Shown one piece after another: positions 12,901 through 25,000 of a stretch of DNA of 64,000 nucleotides. Under the pieces are notes generated by a model, which worked only from the letters and a program-made list of their open reading frames with translations, did no database searches and had not been told where the DNA came from. Origin of the DNA: Owenia fusiformis. Lineage: Eukaryota. The stretch spans positions 15,004,001 through 15,068,000 of the forward strand of contig CAIIXF020000001.1 in the NCBI GenBank assembly GCA_903813345.2, read 5' to 3'. Made by a program: the position numbers and the translations under genes. Within the stretch, counting starts at the first letter, position 1; the number at the start of each line of letters is the position of its first letter.

Positions 12901-13013
12901 CTACCTGTTGAACTACCAGATAACAACCTATATTGAACAAGCCTTGACTTAAGACACGTGTTTGGAGCGATTATTCTTTGAATAACCCGATGGTGTTTCA
13001 AAACACCCGCCAT
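9964..13013 (-). CDS. Enoyl-CoA hydratase/isomerase (crotonase) family protein, about 303 aa, 7 exons
   Basis: Exons 13013-12905, 12421-12260 (IGINRPEKRNCVN), 11865-11768 (GNFCAGFDL), 11573-11429 (KPVIAAVSGYAVAGGLELSLMCDMR), 11080-10931 (GVPLIDGGTVRLPALIGLSRAMDMILTGR), 10638-10465, 10037-9964 (ends KPTSKL*); 912 nt in frame. Confidence 0.93.
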
Positions 13014-13020
13014 TTTAATA

Positions 13021-13034
13021 TTGCATGATGGGTA
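13021..13034 (-). promoter_or_regulatory. Candidate ZNF143/Staf-type binding site just upstream of the hydratase ATG
   Basis: Reverse complement reads TACCCATCATGCAA, resembling the Staf/ZNF143 consensus; motif match only. Confidence 0.4.
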
Positions 13035-13096
13035 CACGGGAATTCCAATAAATTCTCCTTTTGAACTATTCTATCTCGTCATAAACAAATACTGGA

Positions 13097-14981
13097 TATT
13101 TATTTGTTATAATATAAAATAGAGGTATTATTATATGACCCTATTTACAAGAGTTAAGCTTTATTTAACTTTTCCACGTCATTTATTCAAATCGTTTGTT
13201 TGTTTATATCCAATGTTTTGCGGTGCTTTAATGCCACCTTATATAGTCTCTGGTGCTACTTTTCACTTTGTAGTATCACTGATGTGGTTTACACTGCTGT
13301 TTTGTAAGAGTTTATTTTTATTTTGTTTTTGATTTTACTTAAAATCCTTATCTACATATAACTAATGTTTTATTTACACTTAAAATCTTCTGCTTTTTAT
13401 GATGTAGGTGCGTAATACATCATGTAGCCTTTTGTTCATGTCCTTGTTTAGTGTTTGATTTTCACCTGCAAGGGTTTTCAGATCCATTACACATGTGTTT
13501 CCACTCTCTAGAAGTATACAGTCTGCATCATATAGCATTTTATCCCTTAGATTCTGGAGTTTGTCGCATTTAAATAGGTAGTGGTCAATTGTCTCTGGTT
13601 GGTTGCAGTTTAGACAGAGATTTGTACTATGTATAGGGTTTATTTTCTTCAAGTGGCTGTTAAGCCTGGTGTGACCACTGAGAAGTTGATTCGTAATGCA
13701 GAATGTTCTTCTGTCAGATTCACCTAGCAAAGGCCTCTTTCCTACAGACTCAATAGAGCGTTGGATATATCCTACTTTTTTCGAGTTGTTGTATTGCCTT
13801 TGCCATTTGGACTTTGAAGTTGCGTGTATTTGACTGTATATCTCTCTTTTGGTTATTATTCTACTATCTTGACTGAGTATTTTAGCTGATTGTGCCGCCT
13901 GCTTGGCGTGTTTGTCAGCCAGCTCGTTTCCGTTAATATCAAGATGACCAGGTACCCAGTGATACTTTATGCTGATTCCCTTTTGGGAGAGGTTTTTACA
14001 TGTGTTTCTTATTATAGAAATCGAATTTAGATGATTTTTGGGGGTACCTGTTTCAAACACAGAAGTTAAAGCGGGCTGACAATCACAGAAAATTAAGATA
14101 TCTCTGCACAGTGGTGTTTTATCAAGATATGTGAGAGCAAGTTCTATGGCTTGAACTTCTCCTATGTAGTTATTGCCAGAACAGCTAATGGGTCTTTCTA
14201 GACAGACAGGTTCCCCTCTAAGCCCTTGTAGGTAGATTATTGCAGCCGCACCTGTAGGTCCTGGGTTGCCAAGGGTTGAGCCGTCTGTGAAGACTACTGT
14301 AGCATTATTAGGACAGTTGTTTAAAATATCCTCTATCCTGTCTCGTTGTTCAGCCTTGGTTCTGGAGAATTCATTCACTTCCCTTGTAACCTTAATTTCT
14401 TCAAAGTTAATGAAATCATTTGAGTAAGTGAATTCTGTTTCCACATTAGTTAGTGGGATTTTTCTACAAAATTCTCTCAGTCTTGAGTTGAGAATGTTAA
14501 AAGTTGTGGGTTTTTTCTCACTTGTGATATTGTTCATCCACTGATCGAATTCCCTGTGTATTGGGCTTCTATCTGTCTTGAGTTTTATTCTTGCGATTTC
14601 TTGGGCCTGCCTGGCTTTGAAAAGAATGTCTAACGGCAGTGTGTTTGTAAGAACTTCAAGAGTTTCTGTGCTTGTGGATTGTAAACATCCAGTTGCTCTC
14701 AACAGTGCCTGTCTATGTACAGTTCTGTATGTAGATATAGCTTTGTCTGTTACAGTGGAGATTATGCTAATGCCATATTCTAAATTAGGTTGTACCAGAC
14801 TCTTGTAAAGGTTGCAGAATACAGATTGTGAGCATCCTGAGTTAGTGCTTGTGAAGTTTGAGATTTGTTTTAGTGCACTAAAACCTTTCTTTTGTCTTTC
14901 TAGAATATGTTGATCAAAACTCAGTTCCTGATCTAGTGTGATGCCAAGTAACTTGGTTGACTCTACAAATCTCCCGATCAC
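13097..14981 (-). mobile_element. 5'-truncated non-LTR retrotransposon (I-group-like LINE): RT C-terminus, RNase H, CCHC finger
   Basis: Open 533-codon frame 14981-13380 with KLLGITLDQELSFDQHI (RT C-terminal region), FTDGS...GEVQAIELAL...IFCDCQ...HWVPGH...GNELADKHAK (RNase H) and CLNCNQPETIDHYLFKC. 3' boundary approximate (A/TAA-rich tail near 13100). Confidence 0.9.
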
Positions 14982-15285
14982 GTTATCTGGGTGCAGACTG
15001 ACATGGTGTGTGCAGTCTGAAATTTTCTTTACTGTTTGCCGATCAATTATTCAATATCTACGATAGTAACAACATATCCACTATTCACAATTATATCTTC
15101 TATAGTCATTCATTAAATCTACCGATTTTCACCCTTCAAAGTAAGTATTTGACGTATTTATGTCAATATGTTTTGTTTTTTTTGAAAAATTGGAACCAAA
15201 AAGTCCAATATGATCAATGATGTCAGATGTCATGGCTGCACTGAGTGTAGGCTTTGGGAAAAGTGATAGTAAAGCTTATTAATTA

Positions 15286-15808
15286 CACTGGTGATCCACT
15301 CAATTACGCTGGTTACCGAACGTTTCGGTAACAAAATGTCGGAACGTCGAAGGTACGATTTTTCTTTTTGCCTTATTGCACACGTTGTAAGCAGAATTCC
15401 CACGACATTTATCGCAAACGTGTATCAGTAACATATGTTTAAGAAAATGTACACATTTGCGAACAAATAGTTCAGAAGACAACAGAATCGTCGATTTAAT
15501 TCCTCACTTAAGTTACAGAAACGGTATTTCGAAAAACAGTTAAGATCTGCACTTTCAACCCATACCGTTTCTGTAACTTAAGTGAGGAATTAAATCGACG
15601 ATTCTTTTGTCTTCTGAGCTATTTTTTCGCAAACATGTTATTTTATAAAACATATGATACTGATACACGTTTGTGTGAAAAAATGTCGAGGGGATTCTGC
15701 GCGTGAACGTGTGAAGGAAAAAAGAAAAATCGTACCTTCGACGTTCCAACATTTTGTTACCGAAACGAACTATTTCGGTAACCAGCGTAATTAAGTGGAT
15801 CACCAGTG
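15286..15808. mobile_element. Foldback/MITE element with CACTGG termini and 5-bp flanking duplication (AATTA)
   Basis: Arms of about 245 bp are reverse complements (CACTGGTGATCCAC...GTGGATCACCAGTG); AATTA on both flanks. Confidence 0.85.
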
Positions 15809-16050
15809 AATTAAGCACCCTTTGCTTTTGTTCGACTTGGCTTTTTAAAAGAGAGTTTCTTCTAGACTACAGTCTTTCAGTTTACAAATCTCTGAACTCA
15901 TCGAGCTTGATTATCAGAGTTTGTTGTCGAAATAAAGGTGACCTTGTATATACGGTCATTTCTTCTGACATCATCGCAAAGTTAATGAGCATACATTTAG
16001 CATGATCTCTTATTGAATTTATGTATTTTTAGCCTTAAACCCGATCAAGA

Positions 16051-19000
16051 ATGTCACAAGTGAGAAGCAACGCTGGGATGCGAGGTGGACCAGGGCAGAT
16101 GCCACAGCCCATGCACATGCCTAAGCAACAAAGTATGTAAAAAAGTTCAAATATGTATTTATAAGTATGTGGACATGCACTTTCTTCTGAAAATGGAATA
16201 AAGGACATTTTATCTGATCAGAACTGGAAAGTAACAAAAATTCCAGCACACCAAAATTGTTCAATTTAGATAGAAATCTTACATCCAGCAAATTGATATT
16301 TTGAAGTCTTTTGAACTATAGATATGAGAGCATGCCTAGGTGGAAAACATGATTTTTCTAAAACATTATGTCATACATTCCATACACTTTTCCACAATTT
16401 TATTATCTTATCTACACAAGGAAATTTAAGATTCCACTATAATTGATAGACCCCACAGGTTTATGTTTTTGGCAGTTAGATAAATTCATTTACTTTTCAC
16501 TATAATTTATATTCTTTCCTATAGCCCCAGGGTTGCTTTTACTGAATCCCGCCAGCCAACAACATGCAATGGCTGCACAGATGGATAGGAGTGGCCAGGT
16601 ACCCCATCCCCAGGTCCATCAGGTCCCCCAGATGATGATGAGGGGGGCCATGATCCAAGGAGGGGTCCCACAACAACAGCATCATATTCAACATTATCAA
16701 GGTTAGAAGAACATAGTGTAGCACAACTGCAAAGTAAGCTAAATCAGCTGTCCTTGCTGATAAAATATAAGGAAAGATGTATGATCACAAATATAACCAT
16801 CAGGCATTAAAGTTGTTGCAGATTCGATAAATCTCCATACGTTCTTGTATTTAATTGAATCCTGATATTTCGTACAGTGTGGCCTGTGAGTAATTTATTT
16901 ATTTTGTATAAAGGCTCTGTGCAGCAAGCTGTTCCAGTCTCTGCACAGCAACCTCCTGCAACACAACAGCTCCCTACACAAGAGAATGAAAGTTCAGGTA
17001 AATACACTGGTACACTTGGAAAAATGAAAAAACATTAAACAAGGTTTAATTGTGCCTTATAAGACTATAAATCCATGCTGAATGACTGAGTTACACTGAC
17101 ATTTGTTTGGGTTACATTTTTGGCTCACCCTATTTATGAGTGTTTGTAATGAAAATGGGTGCCACACCAATACAAGCGAAGATCTAGAAAATTACCAGTA
17201 TTTCGTTGAGGATCTATTTGTACTTATTTGACTTTAAGACAAATAGCTTTAGAGAGAATTTGCACCTTAGGAGAATATTTGGCGTCAAATGCATGTTAAT
17301 AATTTTGAAATATCTTCAAATGTTTCATTGAAGACTATAGATACAATACATTATTTTAAGGATCATTGTCTAACATGTTGTACTGACAACCTTGACAAAA
17401 TAATTCACATTAAGATTGCACAACTACAAAACATTTATGTTGATGATAAATACTGTTAACATTATGTTATGATATTTTAGAATCCTTTTCCTCGGCAAAC
17501 ATTAAAGAGAAAACCCCGATGTGTTTGATCAATGAACTGGCAAGACACAACAAAACCTCCCACCAATACACCTTAACAGATGAGCAAGGCCCTGCCCACA
17601 AGAAAACATTCTATGTCAAACTGAAACTTGGGGACGAAGAGTATTCAGAAGAAGGGCCTAGTATTAAAAAAGCACAACATGCTGCAGCCAAGCTAGCTCT
17701 GGAGAAAACAGCATTCAAGCATCCTCCTCCCAAGCCAACAAAGAACTATGGCCAAGCTGGATGTGAGTACAGTATGTATTTTATAATACCATAGTAATTT
17801 GTGACGAAAATGATATTCTCTGTTTATTATCCCAACGAACGAAGTTCGGTAGGGATATAGTGAAGCCCTCCGTCCGTCTGTCCGTCAGTCAGTCCGTCAG
17901 TCAGTCGTTTTTTCAAGATTGCCGCCGCTTTAAAAATGGCGGGACTTTTTCGCAAAAATCATAAATTTATCATTCTGAACCAAAGTAATTAATATTATTG
18001 TTTGAAATGTTGGTAGTATATTCACAACATTTGTCTATTTCACATATATTCTGTGTTTTTCATCCTGACCCCCAGGGGCCGTGTATGGAGGGACAGGAAA
18101 ACAAAAATTTTCGCTAATTTTTTCTATCTTTCTTAAGTATAGCTTTATTATACTCAAATGAAAGGCAATTAAGAGTAGATTGCAAATATTGTATCTTTTT
18201 TCTGATTCGAGCCTTGTAAAATTCAAAATGGCCGTCTAATGTACGATTTCGCAATAATTTTTCGATCCCTTCAAAGTATGGCTATATTATACTCAAATTG
18301 AAGGAATTTTGGGGTAGATCACAATTATGGTATTATTTTTCAGATTTGTATCTCAGAAAATTCAAAATGGCTGCTTTGCAGGAATTCGCAATTCTAAAAT
18401 CTAATTTTTTCAATTTTAACCAAAGTAATGAGTATAATTGATTGGAATTCGCTAATTGATATTTTGTTCGTTGGAATTTGCTACTCCGCGGAGTTGCCGT
18501 TATCTAGTTTTTTTTATAATCTTTATTTCTTAAAGTAGTTTAATCAATTAAAATCAATTCTTGTATTTTTCATCTCTTTTTTTGTATCTCTTAATCTGAG
18601 ATATAGGATTAAATCATGCCAAAAGGGCTGATGTGAAAAAGTCAATCCGCAACCTCCCGATTAAATGTCGGATGCTTTTTGTATCTTTCATCTCTTCTTG
18701 TATCTCTTTTAAAGGTGAAGGCAATAACCTTACACCTACAGTTGAACTGAATTCTATAGCAATGAAGCGTGGAGAAGCAGCAATATACAAACCTATTGAG
18801 CCCCATAGACCAATGCAGTTTAATCAGCCACCAAATATGGACTTCAGAGGCATGTACAACCAAAGGTGAGAATATATTTAGTGCTACTGTGTTTATTTAT
18901 ATTAAAATGTTTCCCAAGCAATGTATTTTACTACATAAATGTATAAATATATTTAAGTGTCATGTAATTGATTTGTGTGGAAACACAATAAAATCTTCAA

Positions 19001-22000
19001 TCTTGAATCTACTTATCTTTCAACTTCATTTGAACATAATGCAAGCTATAGAATATAGTATTATACATGACATGATACAATTCTGTATTAGCTTTGCTTA
19101 TATAAATGCATGTAGATGTTATGTAGATGGGTTTGCTTTGCTTGCACATGTATTGTTTTGTATCAGCTGATGCAGCGGTTTGGATAAAGCAATGTTTTAT
19201 CAATTCCATGTGAATTATTTCTTATTCTTGCAATAGTAAATCTATCATGAATGTCAATACAAAGCTCAGGAAGCTAATGTGTACCATTTACAAGTTTGTT
19301 GCTTTTTAACCTCTTGACTACCTGGAGTGACAAGATTTCTCATCACCTCAGAAATGACCTTGAAACCTAGAGTGACAAGAAAATCTTTCACTAAAGTTGC
19401 TTTTATTTGAACAATTTTCATCCAGTTTACACAAAAATTGCTTTTAATTGTGTAGAAATGATCTTTGCCGTCTAATTTTACTAATTTGAGCATTTGAAGT
19501 TGTATAGGTATAAGTGTCTAAAGGTGGCAAAAATGAAAAATTCTCTGGTTTTAACAGATTTTAGAGCCTGGGATTCAAGAGGTTATTGCGTTAACCTCTA
19601 ACTGCTTGAAGCATTTACACTTGCATATTGTTGACTCTTTGTAGAAGAGAAATCATAAAATGTCCCAGCTTACACTCGGCTGGAATTGGAACCTGGATAT
19701 GTGTGTAGTTGAATATATGTGTACTAACCATCTTTGTAGTGCCTATAGTAGTGTAGTCTCAGTACAAGATATGCTTGTATCCTTGTCTTTTCTATTTACT
19801 GTCTAACACCCACTGTCTCCTGTCTGTCTAATTAGGTATCATTATCCTCGTATGCCCAGGGTTTGCTATGTGTCATTGAAAGTTGGACAGCGAGAGTTTA
19901 TTGGAGAGGGTGGCACCAGACAGATGGCAAGACATAATGCAGCGGCAAAAGCACTGAATATTCTAAGGAAACTACCACTACCTAACAATGCTACTAGCTT
20001 TGCTAAAGTACCTGAACAAAATGTGATAACTGGTGGTGCTAAACCCGTTGCTCCAACATCAGACGGTGGTAAGTTGACAACAGCATTTTTATGTCACCAC
20101 CAAAAGTGTTGACATATTGTTATAGTCTCCAACTTTTTGTTCAGCAGTCAGTGTTTGGTGGTTGGCGTCTGTAACAAATTCTTACAACTTCCAATCACCA
20201 TTTGCAGGTGGTGACATTTTGTCTTGTTAATGCCTTGTTAATTCCTTTTCAACCACATAATTTACAAAACATTTGTATGTCTTGAGGATGATGTTCAAAA
20301 GTTGAAAATGTCAATTTTGGGAAGGGTGTTGATGAAACTTTCGTGTAAGAATTTTTCCCCACTGACATAAATAGCTTTTTGTTGAATGTAGAGATTAAAT
20401 GTTTGGAGTGTATATGGCAGTCCCCATGAAGGGGCATCATCTTAACATTTTCATTAATATTCTAGCTAGAAGACCAAACTTTATTTTTATAAAAGATGAT
20501 GACATGAGATGATTGTGTTTCTGCCAAAACTTGTTTTAGTTGATTGATTTGCCTCTTTTATCTGTACCAGAAGTGTAATCAAGTAAAGGAGAAATCAACA
20601 TCTATTTTCATAACAGGGGATAGGGATTATGTTGACCTTTGATTATAAATTGGACAATATCTCAAAGCAAAGGAAGGTTACACATGTACTTCTAGTCAGC
20701 CATCTTAAATCACTAGTTATCAATGAATTGTAACTTTGGCTTGAGCTATAAGAGTCAGTCCAATTGTCATTGACTGGTTCTTTTTGATATGTATGGACTG
20801 GCTTTTATATGGCTTTAAATTGGACTTCTTTTATTGGGTGGAGGAAAATAACATTGCAGCTGGTCTAGTGTACTATTTAAAACAGTTGTTCTTTAATCAG
20901 ATCATTTCTGACAGTTTGTAAAATGGTTATTTCTGGAGATTTGTAGTCACAAGTGTGAAGATCAGGCGATTTATTTAATTATTAAATTAGTTTTTTATTA
21001 CAGCAAAGTCAGATTCAAAAGCAGAAAGCAGTGAAGATCTAAAGTCAGAAATCAGTCTAGTCCATGAGATTGCTCTGAAAGCAAACTTACCAGTCAATTT
21101 TGAGGTAAGCAAAATACAGTATGGTCAGAATGAGGATCTTATAAAATCATGCTGGATCTAATCAGGACAGGCCTCATCCAGGGGTCTTAAAAGTGATTTG
21201 TACCTTCAACATTTAGACTGTACAATCACAGTCAGCACCATCTATCTTCTATGATCTGTGTTATAAGACAGGAAGCCCTAGCTAAATCAACGTTTCTGTT
21301 TCTGTTATTATATGTTTTAAAAGGTACAGTATAATTACAGTTTGAAACATTGGTAGTATATCCAAAAATATATCTACGTATTTGACATTTAACTTTGGGG
21401 AGGGGGCTGGGATAACAGGAATTTTCATTAATTTTGAGACATTCCTGAAGTATAGCTTTATTATTCTGATTATTTGTGCCTCAAAATCACTTTCTGTCTC
21501 AAATCCCAACTGTTCATTTATTTTACATGTAGGTAGTACGTGAATCTGGTCCACCACATATGCGGTGTTTTGTCACCCAGTGTACAGTAGGGGAGTATTC
21601 TACGGAGGCTGAGGGAAATGGCAAGAAGATATCAAAAAAGAGAGCTGCTGAAAAGATGCTGGAAGAATTGAAAAAACTGCCTGGTGAGATACATGAAATT
21701 ACAATTTTGAGAATAGGCAAGATGTCACTATGTCACCACCAGAAGTGACAGATTGTTGTAGTCTCCCCATTTTGGGAACATTGTTCAGCGGTTGATGTTT
21801 GGCAGTTGGTGTTTAGCAGTTGGCATCTGTATCAAATGATGAATATGGAAATGTGATAACTGATTGTGGTTGAATATTCAATTTGTCGTTGAAATATAAC
21901 TAGACATTGACTGACTTCATTGTGGTGGCAGTTGATGTTCGGCAGTTGGCATTTGGCATCTGAACAATAAATGGTAAATGTTAACATTTTGTATGTTAAT

Positions 22001-25000
22001 GCCTTGTTTATCAGTATGAGTGATGGATAAAATCAGCGTTAGTTGAAATGATGTATTTTAAATATGTGAAATTTAAAAAAAATTATTACTGTATTCTCTC
22101 TAATGAGCGCACAGTACGCTTCACAAATTGAGATTTAGAAAGGATTAGATATTGAGAGATTCCAGTAAATACACATACAAAAAATAAAAAAAATTGCAGA
22201 TAGAAATTGTTATCATTAAGGTTTTCATACTCTACGGCTCCAGTATTTCTTTCTCTGGATTAAATATTGAAACTAATACACAAAACTTCTTGTTTTCCCT
22301 AGACGATATTGAACATAAAAGTTGCATTTGCATGCATTGAAACTGTGCACTCATAATTGAGAACATCGGTACACTCAAAAATGAATTGTCAATGGGGAAA
22401 ATTACTTCAATATTTTTTATCCTTTTCCATTGCATTTATTTACCCAAATGGCAACATTTTCATGTACATCAATACTGAGTTTAACAACATCTTATAGCAT
22501 GATTCATCATTTGCTTTCATAGGTCTTCCTGCACAAAACAATGCTAAAGTGAAAGTGAAGGCACAAGGAAAAAAGAAAAACAGAAACCTAATTAAGGTTT
22601 GTACATTGCAATTTTTCCTATTGTGATTTGTAATTGTGGTTAAGATGATGTTCACAACTCTTCCGAGTATTGCAAAGAGGGGTTTTCTCCACAATTACAA
22701 TAATTTAGATATAGGTTGCACATTTTAAGCCCCACCTGATAATATTGGGTTAGACTACATGATAAGCCAAAGTGATTTAAACGTTATATGGGGCCTTTAA
22801 GTATATCAAGTCAAGTCAAGGTCATATTTTATCCATTTATATTTCCAGTTTATTTATCATTTATCAATGATACCAATTAAAGCAAATGATTATATGGAAA
22901 AACAACACCTACACGTAGTTTCATTTTTCATCCTTTGTTTGTTTTAGTTTATTAACTACATTGATACTTTGTTTGAAGATAGTCTGTCAGTTGAGAATGC
23001 AAGTTATTATCGAGAATATCAAGAATACGTTTTTTATTAGTATGACGTTCAATATGAAGTTCCCCTTGCATAAGTTCTAATATTTCCAATTCAGTCGATC
23101 GTTTTGATAAATTCAGGATCTTTGTAGGAACTTTTACCCATATGATTTCTGCTGAATGTTTCCTTTTCAATTTGTCCATTGCTTGATCAGATAGTTGCTG
23201 ATGTTTTTCCCCTGTGTTACGGCCATCGCCAAATATGACAACAATACTCCGGCCTCTTTTTCGAATTGTATCAAATAATTCTACAGCCTTCTTGTATGCT
23301 TTTTCTCCATATGTCTTGCATTCAGTATTGTTTTTCAAAATGTGTTTAAGACCTTTTTGAATCGCACTGCGAGATCTTTTAAATGGAATCACCGAATCTT
23401 CGGCAGTGTCTGAGAATGGCACAACAGCTACATTGGACAGTCTGTTGGACATGCTGCTCTTGTTTTGCGACCTTTTTTCATTCTTCAGTTTAATTTCATA
23501 AAGAAATCTGTTGATTTCCTCAATAGCATTTTTCTTGTATTTCTTCGCAATGGAACAGGAAACATCAATCAAGAAGATGATATCGACACAAAGTGTACTA
23601 TCTGTTAAATGAAACATAGATTTTGTTGACATTTGATATGTGAATACTAGAAGCATATTACACTGTCCAATGACACTTTGGCTAGTAAGTGGCCATATTG
23701 AAAAATGATAGCCATTTTTATTTGTGTCATTTACATTTTTTATAAGAACTAGAAAAGAAAGGGAGCGATTTCATTGAAATATTACATGTGAATGCTTAGA
23801 AGCATTAACATGTGTTAACATATACAGGGTGTCCAAAAAAAACAGGACCGTAAGAAAGTTGAATAACTCGGTCAATTTTACATATTTTGCCTTGAAATTT
23901 CAGAATTATTTAGTTCATTCAATGTGAATTTTGTTGTGAAAGTTTGATAATAATCTACCAATTGAGTCAAAAACTACAGCTCCTTACAAAACATGCCCCA
24001 AATGTGCAAATCTCATCTCTATGCAAAATTCAATCTGGCGAACAAAGTTGTTGATGATCCTCCTACACACATGTCTTTCTGAATAGACAAGTTTGTTGCC
24101 CCAGCTCATCAGTTGCAGAACGCAAACCATATGGGCAGCTCATTCGCCTGATCTAAATCCCCCAAATTTTTATCTTTGAGGATTTCTCAAAGTCAATGTG
24201 TATACTGACAGGCCCTAACAATCTAAAGAGGGCAATAACTACCCCAATATTTACCATCCACGTTAATGTGTATAGGTAAGGGTCATTAACAACTTTGTTC
24301 GCAGGATTCGTTTGTGCATAGAGAGGAAAAGTGCCCACTTTGAGCATGTTTTGTAAATGACTGTAGTTTTTGACACAATATACAGATTATCATCACTTTC
24401 ACAACAGAATTCACATTGAATGACCTAAATAATTCTTAAATTTCAAGGCAAAATATGCAAAATTGACCGAGTTATTCATCTTTCTTACGGTCCTGCTTTT
24501 TTTTGGACACCCTGTATAATGTTTATGAAAGTGATAAGGCATACAGTTTACCTTGTATTTTCTCTATTTCAGGTAGTTTGGGAAGGGATAGTGGGGGTTC
24601 TAACTCTGTACAAGCAATTGTTGTCATAGCTCCACAAATTTTCTGGCCTGTCTTTGAAAACCTAAGAGACAAAAAAGTAAAAACGCTTGTGTGTACATAT
24701 TATCTTGATTATTCCATGGAAGAAAGTTCAAATAAGGATTGAGAGGAGCTTACTCCTGTCCCTCTCTCTGTCTGTTTGTTGGTCTTGATGATAACTCAAA
24801 TACAAGTTGGCAGATTTGGTTAAAAGTTAAAAGGCTTAATGTTTAATGGGCATGGGACCTGTGCTCAAGAAGAGATCTTCAAAATCGTAACATTATTCAA
24901 AATGACTGTCATTTTTACATAATACATATTATCTTTGATAACTTAATGTGATAAAAACTCTAATTCATAATGTCATATATTACTCTCGATAATACTCTTT

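Noticed and set aside
19665..19700. B-box-like GGTTCCAATTCC on the minus strand (similar remnant near 42480)
   Set aside because: No cloverleaf can be built; at most a decayed tRNA-derived SINE fragment.
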